DNA from: Octopus vulgaris
Lineage: Eukaryota
Length of the DNA stretch: 64,000 nucleotides
Reading direction: 5' to 3'
Assembly: GCA_951406725.2 (NCBI GenBank)
Contig: OX597826.1
Span: forward strand, 20,646,001 to 20,710,000
Position numbers and translations under genes: made by a program. Position 1 is the stretch's first letter, and each line of letters begins with the position of its first letter. Shown here piece by piece: positions 44,125 to 57,249 of this stretch. Below the pieces are notes generated by a model that had not been told where the DNA came from, did not search any database, and saw only the letters and a list, made by a program, of their open reading frames with translations.

Positions 44125-44497
44125 ATACTTAGATATACATATATGCACGCATATATAGACACAAATAAGAACAGTTTAATCCTTATAGATTGCGTAGTAA
44201 AGTTTACACTGCATATACATATATACTCTTGCACGTATAAATATGTGTACGACGCAGTATGTATGCGTGTATACTTATGCGTATATAAGTACACACGCAC
44301 ACACACTAACACAGTGAACACATTATAGGTTGGTGGTCGGTAGGTTTATCAAGCCAACCGGAAGCTTTGCTGGTTAATTTGATTGACGGCCTCATTAAGA
44401 TTACAATAGCAAATACACTCACATATTCCCCCCCACACACACACATTCATGCATTAGTATGTGTCCACGTGTGTGTGTATATATATGTATATCTATT

Positions 44498-44533
<36 letters not shown>

Positions 44534-44954
44534 ATTTGTAGATATGCGGACACCTATACGTATACATTTATAAATAGTCACACATACACTTTCGCAGACA
44601 GAGTAGTAGCTAAAAGAGTGTGTTCGTGTGTGTGTGTGTGTGTGTGTCTGTGTGTGTGTGCGTGTAAATTTAGAAAAATTGAGATAGTGTGGATAGATAT
44701 GAGAGGTGGTGTTGTCATCTCTTTTTGATCCTATTCCGTCTACCTATTCCTAGCTACCATCCACCGCCTGTGCCCTTTTCATTTACCAGACGATTTTTGG
44801 GTAAATGTAGAATTAAAATTATGAAGAGATAAGAAAAAGAAACTAAAAACCAACGAACCAATGCGTTTTAAAGTATTTCACTGCAGATATAAACAAACAG
44901 GACACAAGCCTTCTCTGAGGGAGCTTTAGGTCAAAGTATCGAGATTAGCTCTCT

Positions 44955-45030
<76 letters not shown>

Positions 45031-45071
45031 ACACACACATATATATGTATATATGAATGTATATGTATATT

Positions 45072-45218
45072 TGTGGTAAGTAACTTGCTTCCAGCCACAT
45101 GGATCCGGGCTCAGTCTCACTACATGGCACCTTGGGCAAGAGTCTTCTGCTATAGCCTCGGGCCGACCAAAGCCTTGCGAGTGGGTTTGGTAGATGGAAA
45201 CTGAAAGAAGCCCGTCGT
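45072..45218 (+). mobile_element. SINE family B head
   Basis: TGTGGTAAG...CACCTTGGGCAAG...GGGCCGACCAAAGCCTTG...CTGAAAGAAGCCCGTCG. Confidence 0.85.
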
Positions 45219-46552
45219 ATGTGTGTGTGTGTGTGTATTAATTCTGTTCTTGTGTAAACATTATTTATGTGTGTACGGATATACACTTATGTATATACGT
45301 TTCTGTATTTATGCATAAACATATATATGTATATATATATATATATGCATGTTTATATATACGTATGTACTTCTGTGTGTCTCTATACATACATCTGTGT
45401 GCGTGTGTGTGTGTGTGTGAGTATTCACGCTTGTGTATACGTGGATATTTATACACACATACATACGAAAGAGCAACTAGAATCCCGGATACTAGCGACG
45501 GTCCGTATCGTTGGCAAACAAAGCCCGGCTCTGTTGATAGAGACTGTGATGGGAAGGGGTGTGGTTTGTTGGTTCTATTATGGCGTGCCTAGCTATATTT
45601 ATCCATGTCTGTATGTATATACGTCTGTGTATGTATGTGTGTGTGTGCATACACATATTTGTGTTTTTACGTATGCATATATGCTCGCACACATGCATAT
45701 AAAATGTGTGTATATATATATATAGTCAGATTTAACAGGTTTATTAGATGCAGCTGAGAGACAATGTTATAACCCTTTATAGACTTCGAACCCTGTAACA
45801 GGCTGGGAGGACGGTTTCAGCTAAAACTAGTGTGTTTGTGCGCGTGTATACACACACATAAATTTGGTAAAAAGATGAGTGATAGTCGAACTGCTGTCTC
45901 CGTCCGTGACAGTTTATTCATGTTTAAATCAAATTCATTATATTTGGAGAAATTCCCTGAAAGATGTGCTGACCGTCTTCAGATCCAAGAATGTTGTTTC
46001 ACTCAAATTGTTGCATTAGAACCATTCAAGGCATATTTTTGCTCGGAAAATGTTGTTTTTTTTATTTGTTTTTTTTTTTTAAACAACAAAAAAAAACACT
46101 TAAGTAAATGAATTATTTCTTTAATGAACCAGTTTCCCCCCAAAGAACATACACATTTTCTGAGTTTGTTCTTAAAAATAAAATCGCTTCTATCAGTTCT
46201 TTTGGAGGCGCTACTCCTTTAATTTGATTCTCAGACGGAACTTGAACGAAGCCCAACCAGTCACGAGACACCTGATGACACTCAGCGATCAAACTGATCG
46301 AAATGATGGCGAAATTGAAATAAATCGTGAAACATCAAGTTAATCGACGGGAAAATTATAATTTTATGAACAACAATAACAAGAACAAGAAGAAGAACAA
46401 CAACAAGAAACAGCGAAATCTTTGGCAATTTAACAGCGAATTGCTTTTTATACACAACTATGTCCATCATATGTATACAATTATCTACATTAAACACACA
46501 CACACAAACACATAAATATATACAATTATCTCATATATGTACACACACACAC

Positions 46553-46583
<31 letters not shown>

Positions 46584-47307
46584 TGTATGTATGTATGTAT
46601 GTATGTATGTATGTATGTATGTATGTATGTATGTATGTATGTATGTATATATGTATATATGTATGTATGTATGTATGCATGCATGCATGCATGCATGCTT
46701 GTATGTATGTATGTATGTATGTATGTATGTATGTATGTATGTATGTATATATGTATGTATGTATGTATATATGTATGCATGCATTGTGAAATCTTCATTC
46801 TAAGAGTCTCACCGCTTTAGTTAATATTCATCCACCTTCCAACTCGCCATTGTACAAGAAGCAAACATGTCTTCCATTGGTTTTCATAAAACAAACCATT
46901 TCTTTGCTACCAACGCCTGTATTTCAGAATATTATCCACACCTAATATTCCTTATCTACCAATCTACCAAGTCCAGTATGCCCAAATGTTTTCCACCCTT
47001 AATATACTCTATCTACCATTGTACTACCATTTTTAATATTCCACAGTTACAGGTGAACTATTTTATCTTGTTAAGGCTTCTCACAATCTCCCCTGCCTTT
47101 GCAACCCCCTGTCATTATTTCCTTCTCTCTACTTCACCCCTTCTTGTTCCTCCGTAAATAGAATGGTAAACAGATGGACAATATTCTTTACATCATAGTA
47201 ACCATCATCATCCCCGCCCCCTCCAGTGTAATCTCACTACCAATTCGATGACCTTTTCTACACCTCACTTCCCGTTTCCTTCTCATCATTTTTACATCTC
47301 ACACTTG

Positions 47308-47379
47308 TCTTCTTCTTCTTCTTCTTCTTCTTCTTCTTCTTCTTCTTCTTCTTCTTCTTCTTCTTCTTCTTCTTCTTCT

Positions 47380-47412
<33 letters not shown>
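47308..47412. repeat. (TCT)n microsatellite
   Basis: Directly visible. Confidence 0.97.
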
Positions 47413-47478
47413 ACTCTCAACCTATTTTTAAAATCTATTTATCTCCCTCTTTCACACGCATTCACTCCCTCTCCTTCA

Positions 47479-47544
<66 letters not shown>

Positions 47545-47908
47545 GAACTCTCTCTCTCTCTCTCTTTCTCAAACTCCATCTTCCTTCCTCTCCCATCCAA
47601 GAGATTCCATTGCACTGAATTAATTCTTGGCGAAATATTTTACGCTAAAACTGGAAATGTTTGGATTCATATTACAAGGAATTTAATCTGTAGAATTGGT
47701 AAAAGACAAAAGCTTATGGTCTTAGACACCTTTCAGGAAGTTGCTGACGTCTTTACTCCATTTTCCATCGCAACTAAATGCCATATCATCAAATATCGGT
47801 CAGGCTCTCTGCCTCTCTTTTGGCATAAAACTTCACTCATCCAGCAAGTGATGCCGTTTCTCTCTGTGCGTATGTGTATATGTGCGAGTACGTGCATGTG
47901 TGTGTATG

Positions 47909-47940
<32 letters not shown>

Positions 47941-48027
47941 TACATATAACCGTCGCGTACGCACACACGCACACACACACACACACATATAAACATATAC
48001 ATACGTAAACATATGGTCAATTCAGTC

Positions 48028-48079
<52 letters not shown>

Positions 48080-48152
48080 ATGTATGTATGCATGTAATGT
48101 GGATTGTTGGCGATTTCCCTCTTCCTTTTCTCTTAGACTTTCCTCTGTCTTC

Positions 48153-48189
48153 TGTTTCTGAAGAAGATTTTTGCTCGAAACGTAAAACA
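48153..48189 (+). ncRNA. Hammerhead motif with intact core and damaged stem II
   Basis: TGTTT-CTGAAGA-A-GATTTTTGCTC-GAAACGTA-AAACA. Confidence 0.55.
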
Positions 48190-48975
48190 ACCTTTCTTTC
48201 CTTCCCTGGGCCTCTTATTACCACACCCTCGCGTTCTTGTTTTCTTTCTTGTGTTCTTTCTCCATTTCTTTTTTTTCCGTCCTAGTTTTCGTATACATTC
48301 GCTGCTTTCTTCCAAGGAATCTAGTGCTCTTAGCTTAGTTTTTCCTTGAGCTAGCCAGATTGGAGCAATCTCGAGTATAACCAGCAGAAACTGCAAAGAT
48401 AATCTGGCACTCGACTGAGAAAAGAAAACTCCGAATGACCCGTCCTTGTTTTCTTTGTATCGTCTGTTTTGTTGTCCCTTTTTGTATCACCGAACTGTCT
48501 GGATCTTTTGCTTTCTTGGCCCATTTTGTATTTTTTTTTATATATAATATATAATATATATATTTATATATAATATATAATATATATATTAGTACGTTAG
48601 CATATATATCTATATACATGTATTCATATGTATGTACACACACACACACACACACGGGCAAAGAAGAAAAGCGAATGAGAGAGAGAGATAAACATTTACC
48701 ATCAAAAGAAATCACCGCTATTATGAAGTTATGAATCAAATACCCCACCCCAGACCCAGGGTCAGTTGTTATTGTCATAGTTACATATAACTGTCGTTAG
48801 AGAACTAAGTCTATTAACGCCATCTAGTGTTTAACTGGATTAAGCTCCATCACTTTGTCTTGTAGCGTGACAGATTGCGATAGAGGGTAGCACAATATTT
48901 GAGATTTCTGAGTTCAGTTTTAACTTTGTCCCACCTGGTGGTCGATAAAGTAATGTACTAATCCATTAGTAGGGA

Positions 48976-49035
<60 letters not shown>

Positions 49036-49184
49036 TATAATCGACTAACGCCTCCCGTTAAAATTACTGGCTTTGTGCCTAAGGTTGAAATTACTATTAT
49101 CAAGGGTGCTGGACTGGCAGCTAAATGTTTGCTGGTTGTATTTACATCTCACTAGAGCACACTATTATGAGGGTAGCAAATAAT

Positions 49185-49695
49185 CCTTTCTAGTATAGAC
49201 ACGAGGCCTGAAATTTGGTGGTGAGGTGCCAGTCGATTTGATCGACCCCAGTACACAACTGGTACTTAATTTAAGATGAAAGGCAAAGTCGACCTCGGCG
49301 GAATTTGAACTTAGAGCGTAGCAACGGACGAAATATCGCTAAGCATTTCGTCCAGCGTGCTAACGATTCTGCCAGCTCGCCGCCTTTAATAATGAGTGTT
49401 TCTGCTATAAGTACAAGGCCTGAAATTCGAGGGTGGAGGCTTGTCGACTACACCGACCCCCAATGCTCAACTGGTACTTATTTTATCGACCTCCGAAAGT
49501 GCAGAGGGTCGAAACGAAGACGGTGAAACATTCCGTCCGATGCTCAAACGACTTGGTCAATCGTTACTCAATTTCATGAACCCATGGAAAGATGAAATAC
49601 AAAGTTGACCTCGGTGGGATTTGAACTTAGAATGCAAAGGTCCGTAACTAAAGGCCGCAGGCTCTTTGTCCAACGCTCTACCGATTCTGCCACTC
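49185..49695 (-). mobile_element. Cluster of three SINE family C copies or fragments
   Basis: 49185-49386, 49400-49500 and 49575-49695 each match family C in reverse. Confidence 0.8.
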
Positions 49696-50340
49696 CTCTG
49701 TCTTTCTATAATTTCTTTATAATCCTCTAATTCCCGAAACTTTTTATCTAGTCTGTGGATAAATTACAGGTAAGACCAATTTTACAGGTAAAAGTGATTG
49801 GAGTTAATAATTTATACATCAAAATCTGATACGTGGGTTCGTGTCCAGCTCTTTAGCTTTTGACTACTGTTTTTTACTCAACCAAAGTTTTCTTTTTTCT
49901 TTTTAATCTCAAATTATGACATGCTATTAATAAAAGCTGTATCTACTTCGAGACTCGACCTTAAAATCATTTTTGAAAAACATATTATATATATATATAT
50001 TTGTATATCATTATTTAAGGAAAAATAAAACATTTCTGTGAGGTGGGAGGTGTGTGTTGGCAGAATCGTTTAGAGCTCCGGACAATGCTTAGTAGTAATT
50101 AGTTGCTGGTCTTTACTTCTGGGTTCAATTCTCAATGAAGTCAACTTTATCTATCATGCTTCTGGGAATGCGATAGACTGCTCTGAAAATACTGGTCTAG
50201 TTTTACTTGACTGGCCCTTGCACTTCCAATGGAAGGTTGTATGTCTGTATAAGAAATAATTTTTTTTTAATGATTCACACACAATTTATAATAATAATAA
50301 TAATTATTATTATTGAGGTCAACTTAGTTTTTTTAAAAAT

Positions 50341-50740
50341 AAGACGGCGAGCTGGCAGAATCGTTATCACACCGGGCGAAATGCTTTGCGGTATTTCGTC
50401 TGCCGTTACGTTCTGAGTTCAAATTCCGCTGAGGTCGACTTTGCCTTTCATCCTTTCGGGGTCGATTAAATAAGTACCAGTTACGTACTGGGGTCGATGT
50501 AATCGACTTAATCCCTGAGTCTGTCCTTGTTTTTCCCCTCTGTGTTTAGCCCCTTGTGGGTAGTAAAGAAATAGGTATTTCGTCTGCTGCTAAGTTTTGA
50601 GTTCAAATTCTGCCGCGGTCGATTTTGCCTTTCATTCTTTCAAGGTCGATGAAATAAGTACCAGTTACGCACTGGGGTCGATGTAATCGACTCATCCCCT
50701 CCCCCAAATTTCAGGCCTTGTGCCTTTAGTAGAAAGGATT
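50341..50740 (+). mobile_element. SINE family C, dimeric form with internally duplicated 3' half
   Basis: The segment GGTATTTCGTCTG...GGGGTCGATGTAATCGACT occurs at about 50390-50508 and about 50574-50692. Confidence 0.88.
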
Positions 50741-51299
50741 GTTTTTACTGTTTTAGCACTGATTAAGCATTCCATCCGTGACTATCTCGTCTTTTCTGAC
50801 GAAGGTAATCTCAAATAAATTATACAATATGTCCTTCTTCGTTAATAACAATTGGATGTGATTTTAGATTGAAAATTGGCTGTTATTTCTAGCAGACGAA
50901 TTGACCAGCCAGACCTCTCCCTATTTATCCTTTTTATCAGCTGTGTTTTACGTTCAAATCACGCCCTGTCCCAGTTAAAGATAATTCTTACGACTTGGTA
51001 AATTTCATTATTACGAAGTATTCCTTAAAATGTCATAGTTGTTAATTAGTAAACTACTTTCAACGGTACTCTGAGTATTATAATGGGAGAAGAGTACTCG
51101 GGAAACAAAGCTGCTCTTTGCTGAGTATTTCAAAGACGCCTCCATACTTTCACCTTGAAGTTGTCACAGATGCGTTTGCTTCCCATGTGATAAGGTTGAG
51201 AGACGAAGATAGAGAACGTGGTAACAACCTGTTACTTATACAGCACGGCATAATTGTGACATCTGTGTTGAGACAAACAAGTCTACAGGATTACCACTG

Positions 51300-51338
<39 letters not shown>

Positions 51339-51444
51339 GTGTGTGTATGTGTTATATACACATGACTGGATGAAGAGATAAGATTTGTAGAAAGCTACGC
51401 ATAACAATAGTATATTGAGTTATATTAGTAAAGGTTTAGATCTT

Positions 51445-51730
51445 AGGATATTCAGCTCACGATCGTCAAGTCCTGCGTTCGATTCCCGGCGGCGCGTTGG
51501 GTCCTTGTGAAAAACACTTTATTCTATTCAGATGGCACAAATGAATTGTACCTGTAATTCAAAGGGGCCGGCCTTTTCACATCCTGTGTCACACTGAATC
51601 TCCCTAAAAACTACTTTATGGTTACGCGTGTCCCTGGAGTGCTCAACCGCTTCCAACCTAATTTCACGAGCCGGCTGTTCTGTTGATCGGACAACCGGAA
51701 CAATCATCTTTGCTAATGACGGAGACCCAG
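51445..51730 (+). mobile_element. SINE family A, diverged
   Basis: CTCACGATCGT...GTTCGATTCCCGG...GTCCTTGTGAAAAACACTTTATT, similar to the copies at 1.6, 8.9 and 9.8 kb. Confidence 0.65.
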
Positions 51731-51852
51731 TTATGTTTGATTACTTAATGAATACATTTTAAGTTTGTACGTTACACTATTCTCACATTTTATGTGTATA
51801 AACACACATGTATAAATATATGTATGTAAATGCATGTATATATATATATATA

Positions 51853-51957
<105 letters not shown>

Positions 51958-52212
51958 AGGTGAGAGATGTATATATGCATATCTATATGTTAAAGCATGT
52001 GTATAAATATATATAAGTATATAAGTGTGTGCGTGTGCACCAGTGAAGTTTCCTGCATTAAGTACAAAGCATTTAATACCAAACCGAGAAAGAGAAATGA
52101 TTGTGAATAACAAATCGAATTTTGATAGAAATCTTTAATTTTTATCAGAGTGATGGAAGATGTGTGATTTTTAAAATTGCATTCTCTGGCTTAAGTAACA
52201 AGGCTCGCTCTT

Positions 52213-52247
<35 letters not shown>

Positions 52248-52854
52248 AGATAGATATATGTATATATAAATATATACAAGCATATATGTACGTATGTATA
52301 CATATACACACATACATACAAACATAATTGCTAAAATATATACATTAATAAATATTTATTTGCTATTTGAAAGAGTTCACGTGGTTATTATGTATTTAAA
52401 TAGATGTGGGTTCAACGCTAAACACACGTGAAATGTGTGTGTCTACACACTCACTTATACACACACACACGCGTGTGTGTGTGTGTCTGTCTGTCTGTCT
52501 GTATTTATGCATGTATGTATATAAAACCTCTACCAAGCATACTGGCCGTTGCTATAAGAGTCGTGAATTCAAATTCGCTGCCGTCCGCAAGCCAAATTCC
52601 AGTTAATTACAGGTGTGTTAGTTTATGTGCAGGTGGCGGTATGATTACCTGGTGATATGGCTATGTGCTAGGATAGCAGTTGGAGTTCAAGCACAGACAC
52701 CAATGATGGTTCTTTAACGTTTTAGGCGTATCATAGCACGTCCCTACAGACTCGCGCGCGCGCACGAATGGTCGAAAACGCACGCGAAAGTTAAAAGAAT
52801 CTATTTAGTAAAATGAAGACGAAGACAGACACGTAACATTCCATATATATACAC

Positions 52855-52938
<84 letters not shown>

Positions 52939-52965
52939 TACATATTTACACTATATATATATAGG

Positions 52966-53127
52966 CGCAGGCGTGGCTGTATGGTAAGAAGCTTGCTTCC
53001 CAAACACATGGTCCCGGGCTCAGTCCCACTGCGTGGCACCTTGGGTAAGTGTCTCCTACAATAGCCACGGGCCGACCAAAGCCTTGTGAGTGGATTTGGT
53101 AGACGGAAGCTGAAAGAAGCCCGTCGT
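52966..53127 (+). mobile_element. SINE family B head
   Basis: GCGCAGGCGTGGCTGTATGGTAAGAAGCTTGCTTCCC...CTGAAAGAAGCCCGTCG. Confidence 0.88.
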
Positions 53128-54221
53128 ACATGTATATATAAACACATGTATGTACATATATGTATAATTATACATATGTGTATACGTGTGTTTTTGTGTG
53201 TATATATTATACATATATTAATACATACGTACACACACACACACAAAATTACACGGTATTTTTTCCCACGGCTGTTAGTGAAAGATCATCAACTTGAGAA
53301 ATAGATGTGAAATGTCAATGAATAATTTAAAATTTTGCGATGGAGAAATAACAGGACCACAAGTTGTGTGGTTGGCAAATATAACGACCAATTAATCACA
53401 TGTGTGACTCGTTCGATACAATTTGAATGTTATAAACTTTTTATATGACTCAATAAATTGTGTAAAATAATTCAGAAGTTAGAGGGAAATAAACAAGTTT
53501 TATATCATTCATTGAAATAATTCGTTATTTCGTACATAATTGTATAAATATGTTAGTTAACATTATGACGGAATATTTCACATTTACTTTGTAACAATTA
53601 GCTGTTTTGAATCATAGAACTAGTTTTATAGAACTTAAGCTGATGTTTCTCTCTCGGGTGGTTTGATATCAAAAGTTTAGTGGCGGAGATACTAAACATA
53701 TTAAGTCATGTAGTACAGTAAGTTTGGTTGAGTTGATTGGTTCATTAAAATAACACCTCGTCACTCAAGACCATGTTTCAGGGCTTCCTCTTCTCACTGC
53801 GTATTTGTTCTACTGCTATTGTGACAACTCCATCCATACAAACAGGATCCGTCGCATACACCCGTCAACAGGGTATTCACTGCCTCATGGATTGGACTAT
53901 ACATATCACAGCTAATTTGGATACGTCTGTGAATATACACACAAACACACACTCACACACACATGATCTAAAATTATATAATATAGTATAAATGTATAAA
54001 TATTTATGAAATTATATAACAAGGATATCATATATAAAACATATTTATAATGTATATATATAGCTTGTGTGTAGATATATTATATACGATGTATATATTT
54101 TAGAGTGTATATTATATAATATATATATAATTTATATATATATTTATTTTGCGTGTGTATATATATGCATACACACATACATATGTGTGTGTGCACGTAA
54201 ATGTGTGCATATAAATTTATG

Positions 54222-54285
<64 letters not shown>

Positions 54286-54742
54286 CACACACTCATATAT
54301 ATAAATATTATATATCCATACGCACATACATACACACATACACACATCACAGAGTATCTGTTATACGATCTTGTATAAACCAGCGACTCTATTGGTGTTG
54401 TAGATGTTATCTGTTGTCTCAACAATAACAAACCATTTAAAATACGATAACATCTGTTGTATGAACATAAAGATATCGCTATATCACATGTTATAGGCAC
54501 GGCTTGCTAGCGTTCACTCTATGAACTAGGGATAGCATGGAGCGCGCACGTGGTTGTGTTGGTGTGTGTATGTGTGAGTGTGTGTGTGTACACGGCCGCG
54601 TGGGCGCGCGAATATTTTTATGACTACGTAGTGTGGAAGTATAATGAAATCGTAGAGATTTCATGGTGTGTATATATGTACGTGCAGACGTATCTAATTT
54701 TGTACGTACATGTATATGTATGTGTGCATATATGCAATGCGT

Positions 54743-54785
<43 letters not shown>

Positions 54786-54819
54786 TGTCTATATATATAT
54801 ATATACATATGTATACATA

Positions 54820-54850
<31 letters not shown>

Positions 54851-55137
54851 GCATATATATGTATATGTATATATATATATGTGTGTGTGTGTGCGCGCGT
54901 GTGCGCGTGCGCGTGTGTGTGCGTGTGTGTGTGTATGTGCGTGTATGTGTGCATATAGCATGGCCTCAGTGTAATGACTGTAACAAGTAAAAGATATGTA
55001 TAACTATATATATGTATGTATGTAATTATGTGCGTGTATATATATATATATACATATATATGTACATATATATATATATATCATTATATATATATACATC
55101 ATATACATATATATATCTTAATATATTTATATACATC

Positions 55138-55202
<65 letters not shown>

Positions 55203-55218
55203 CGTGCCTTTCAAAATG

Positions 55219-55423
55219 TGACCGCGTGTGTACCGTTGGCGATTTTTTTTCCTCCGTCTTCCCTTCTCTGGATCTTTCCTTCTCCTATGTTTCTGACGAA
55301 GAGCTCCGCTCGAAACGTCAAACCCTCCTTCTTTCCTTCTTTCCTGAGCGTCCAATAATACTAAATTTGTTCCACGTCCTCGCGTTGTTGTGTTTTCTCT
55401 TTGTGTTTTTATGTTTGGATTAA
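55219..55423 (+). mobile_element. Short non-autonomous element carrying a hammerhead motif (Penelope-LTR/retrozyme-like), family H1
   Basis: About 200 bp of T/C-rich sequence flanked by (TA)n. Homologous copies are at 33935-34100 and 48100-48290 (+), with related copies at 6430-6601 (+) and 8655-8860 (-). Confidence 0.65.
55289..55323 (+). ncRNA. Minimal type I hammerhead ribozyme motif, canonical core
   Basis: GTTT-CTGACGA-A-GAGC-TCC-GCTC-GAAACGTC-AAAC. Stem I GTTT/AAAC, core CUGACGA, one extra A, stem II GAGC/GCTC, GAAA, palindromic ACGT stem III, GUC triplet. Confidence 0.78.
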
Positions 55424-55687
55424 CTATATATATATACTAATAAATGAAATAAAACATATGCATATATATAAACATATATGTACGTACCTACCTCCACATG
55501 TACATATACACGCATATATGAGTACAGGACACCAAAGGGACGTCGAACACAAAGAGAAACGAAAACATAGACACAAACCAAAGGAACTGGACATTTTTTA
55601 AAAAACAACAAAAAATGGAGTACAGGACAATTAACACAAAGAAAACCCCCTTCTTCAGTCGCTATGGTTTCATATATATATATTGTG

Positions 55688-55770
55688 GAGGCGCAATGGC
55701 CGAGTGGTTAGGGGCGGACTTGCGGTCGGAGGATCGCGGTTTCGATTCCCAGACCGGGCGTTGTGTGTGT
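55688..55770 (+). mobile_element. tRNA-like SINE head only
   Basis: A box TGGCCGAGTGG and B-like GTTTCGATTCC. There is no acceptor stem, and it ends in (TG)/(TA) repeats. Confidence 0.75.
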
Positions 55771-55815
55771 TTATATATATATATATATATATATATAAAT
55801 GACTGAAACAAGTAC

Positions 55816-55866
<51 letters not shown>

Positions 55867-56359
55867 CGCACACACACATCCATGCACATATTCACTCACA
55901 CTGTACAAAGCTGTAAATAAGGATATATATTTGTTTGTAAATGCAGGAAGTGTGTACACGTATATATACACTCACACCCGCATACACGGATCATACAGCA
56001 TGTGGCACGTGCCGTTTAAGATTTGGCATTTTGTTAGCCATCACGATTAATGTGGGATTTGTCTGTGTAAATAGACACATGTGGCGCAGTGAATGTGGGA
56101 GGTGTCTATATGACAGCATGTTGAGTGTGATATTTGTGTACAGAAGTGAATAAATACAGAATATTGAATGTGGTGTTTGTGTATGTCTGTCCGACCGTCC
56201 ATGGAGTTGGTTTGGTGAATGAAGGCGAGGAAAGAGTCGCTCGTTCCACTGGGGAGCCTGTTAAACAAACCAGGAAATGGTGTTACATAATCCGATGCTA
56301 GACAAAGACAGATATATATATGTACGCGTGTTTCTATGCCTATGTATATATGTATATAT

Positions 56360-56397
<38 letters not shown>

Positions 56398-56598
56398 ATA
56401 TATATATATATTATACATTTATATATATACACACAGACATGCATATATGTGTATTTATATCTGTTGAGTGTGAGTGACGTCCAATGCAAGCTTCCTTTCT
56501 ATGTAGATGTTAATCTACTTATCTAATTGCGGTCCTCTCCCCCCCCCTCTCTCTACATACACACATCATTCCGTAAACTCATATCTCCGCACGCCCGC

Positions 56599-56651
<53 letters not shown>

Positions 56652-56924
56652 ATATTTACATATACATATACACATACAGAGCTAATATTTCAAATGTGAA
56701 TTTGAAAAGTTTCCATATATATATGTATTAAAGGAAAGTTTAAATAAAATTTTCGATAATGCAATAATCATATCACACAATTCAATAAAATGATAAAATA
56801 ATTACTTCAAAAATAAAATTATATATACCCATTTATGTATGTGCGTGTGTATCAACTCACCTTTATGTATGCGCTTGCATATGTATGTGTACATACCTAT
56901 GTGTTCTTTACTTATGCCTGTCTA

Positions 56925-56976
<52 letters not shown>

Positions 56977-57158
56977 TTCATACACGCGGGCGCGCATATG
57001 TAACACTTTGTCCTTGGAACTAGTTCTATGGAACACATGATTGTGTACCAATTCCATGCAATGATTTATATTAATCTTCAATTTTTTATATTGAACAACC
57101 ATATTCCGATGTTCTTTAACATTTCAAAATCTTAACCAAATTTTCAGAATAAATCCAT

Positions 57159-57249
57159 GTTAGTGACGCGTCGTTGCCATACCGGCGGCACGGGGTCGTA
57201 TATATAAAGTTAGTGACGCGTCGTTTCCGTATCGGCGGCACGGGGTCGT
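57159..57249 (+). repeat. GC-rich tandem duplication, 50-nt period
   Basis: GTTAGTGACGCGTCGTT.CC.TA.CGGCGGCACGGGGTCGT occurs twice with 3 mismatches. Confidence 0.9.

Noticed and set aside
46271-46305. CTGATGA...GATCA-AAC-TGATC-GAAA
   Set aside because: Eight extra nucleotides lie between the core and stem II, and stems I and III are missing.
55688-55760. tRNA gene
   Set aside because: A and B boxes are present, but there is no acceptor stem or terminator. It matches the SINE heads elsewhere in the window.
57159-57249. CRISPR-like repeat-spacer pattern
   Set aside because: Only two units with a 9-nt gap, in eukaryotic DNA with no cas genes.
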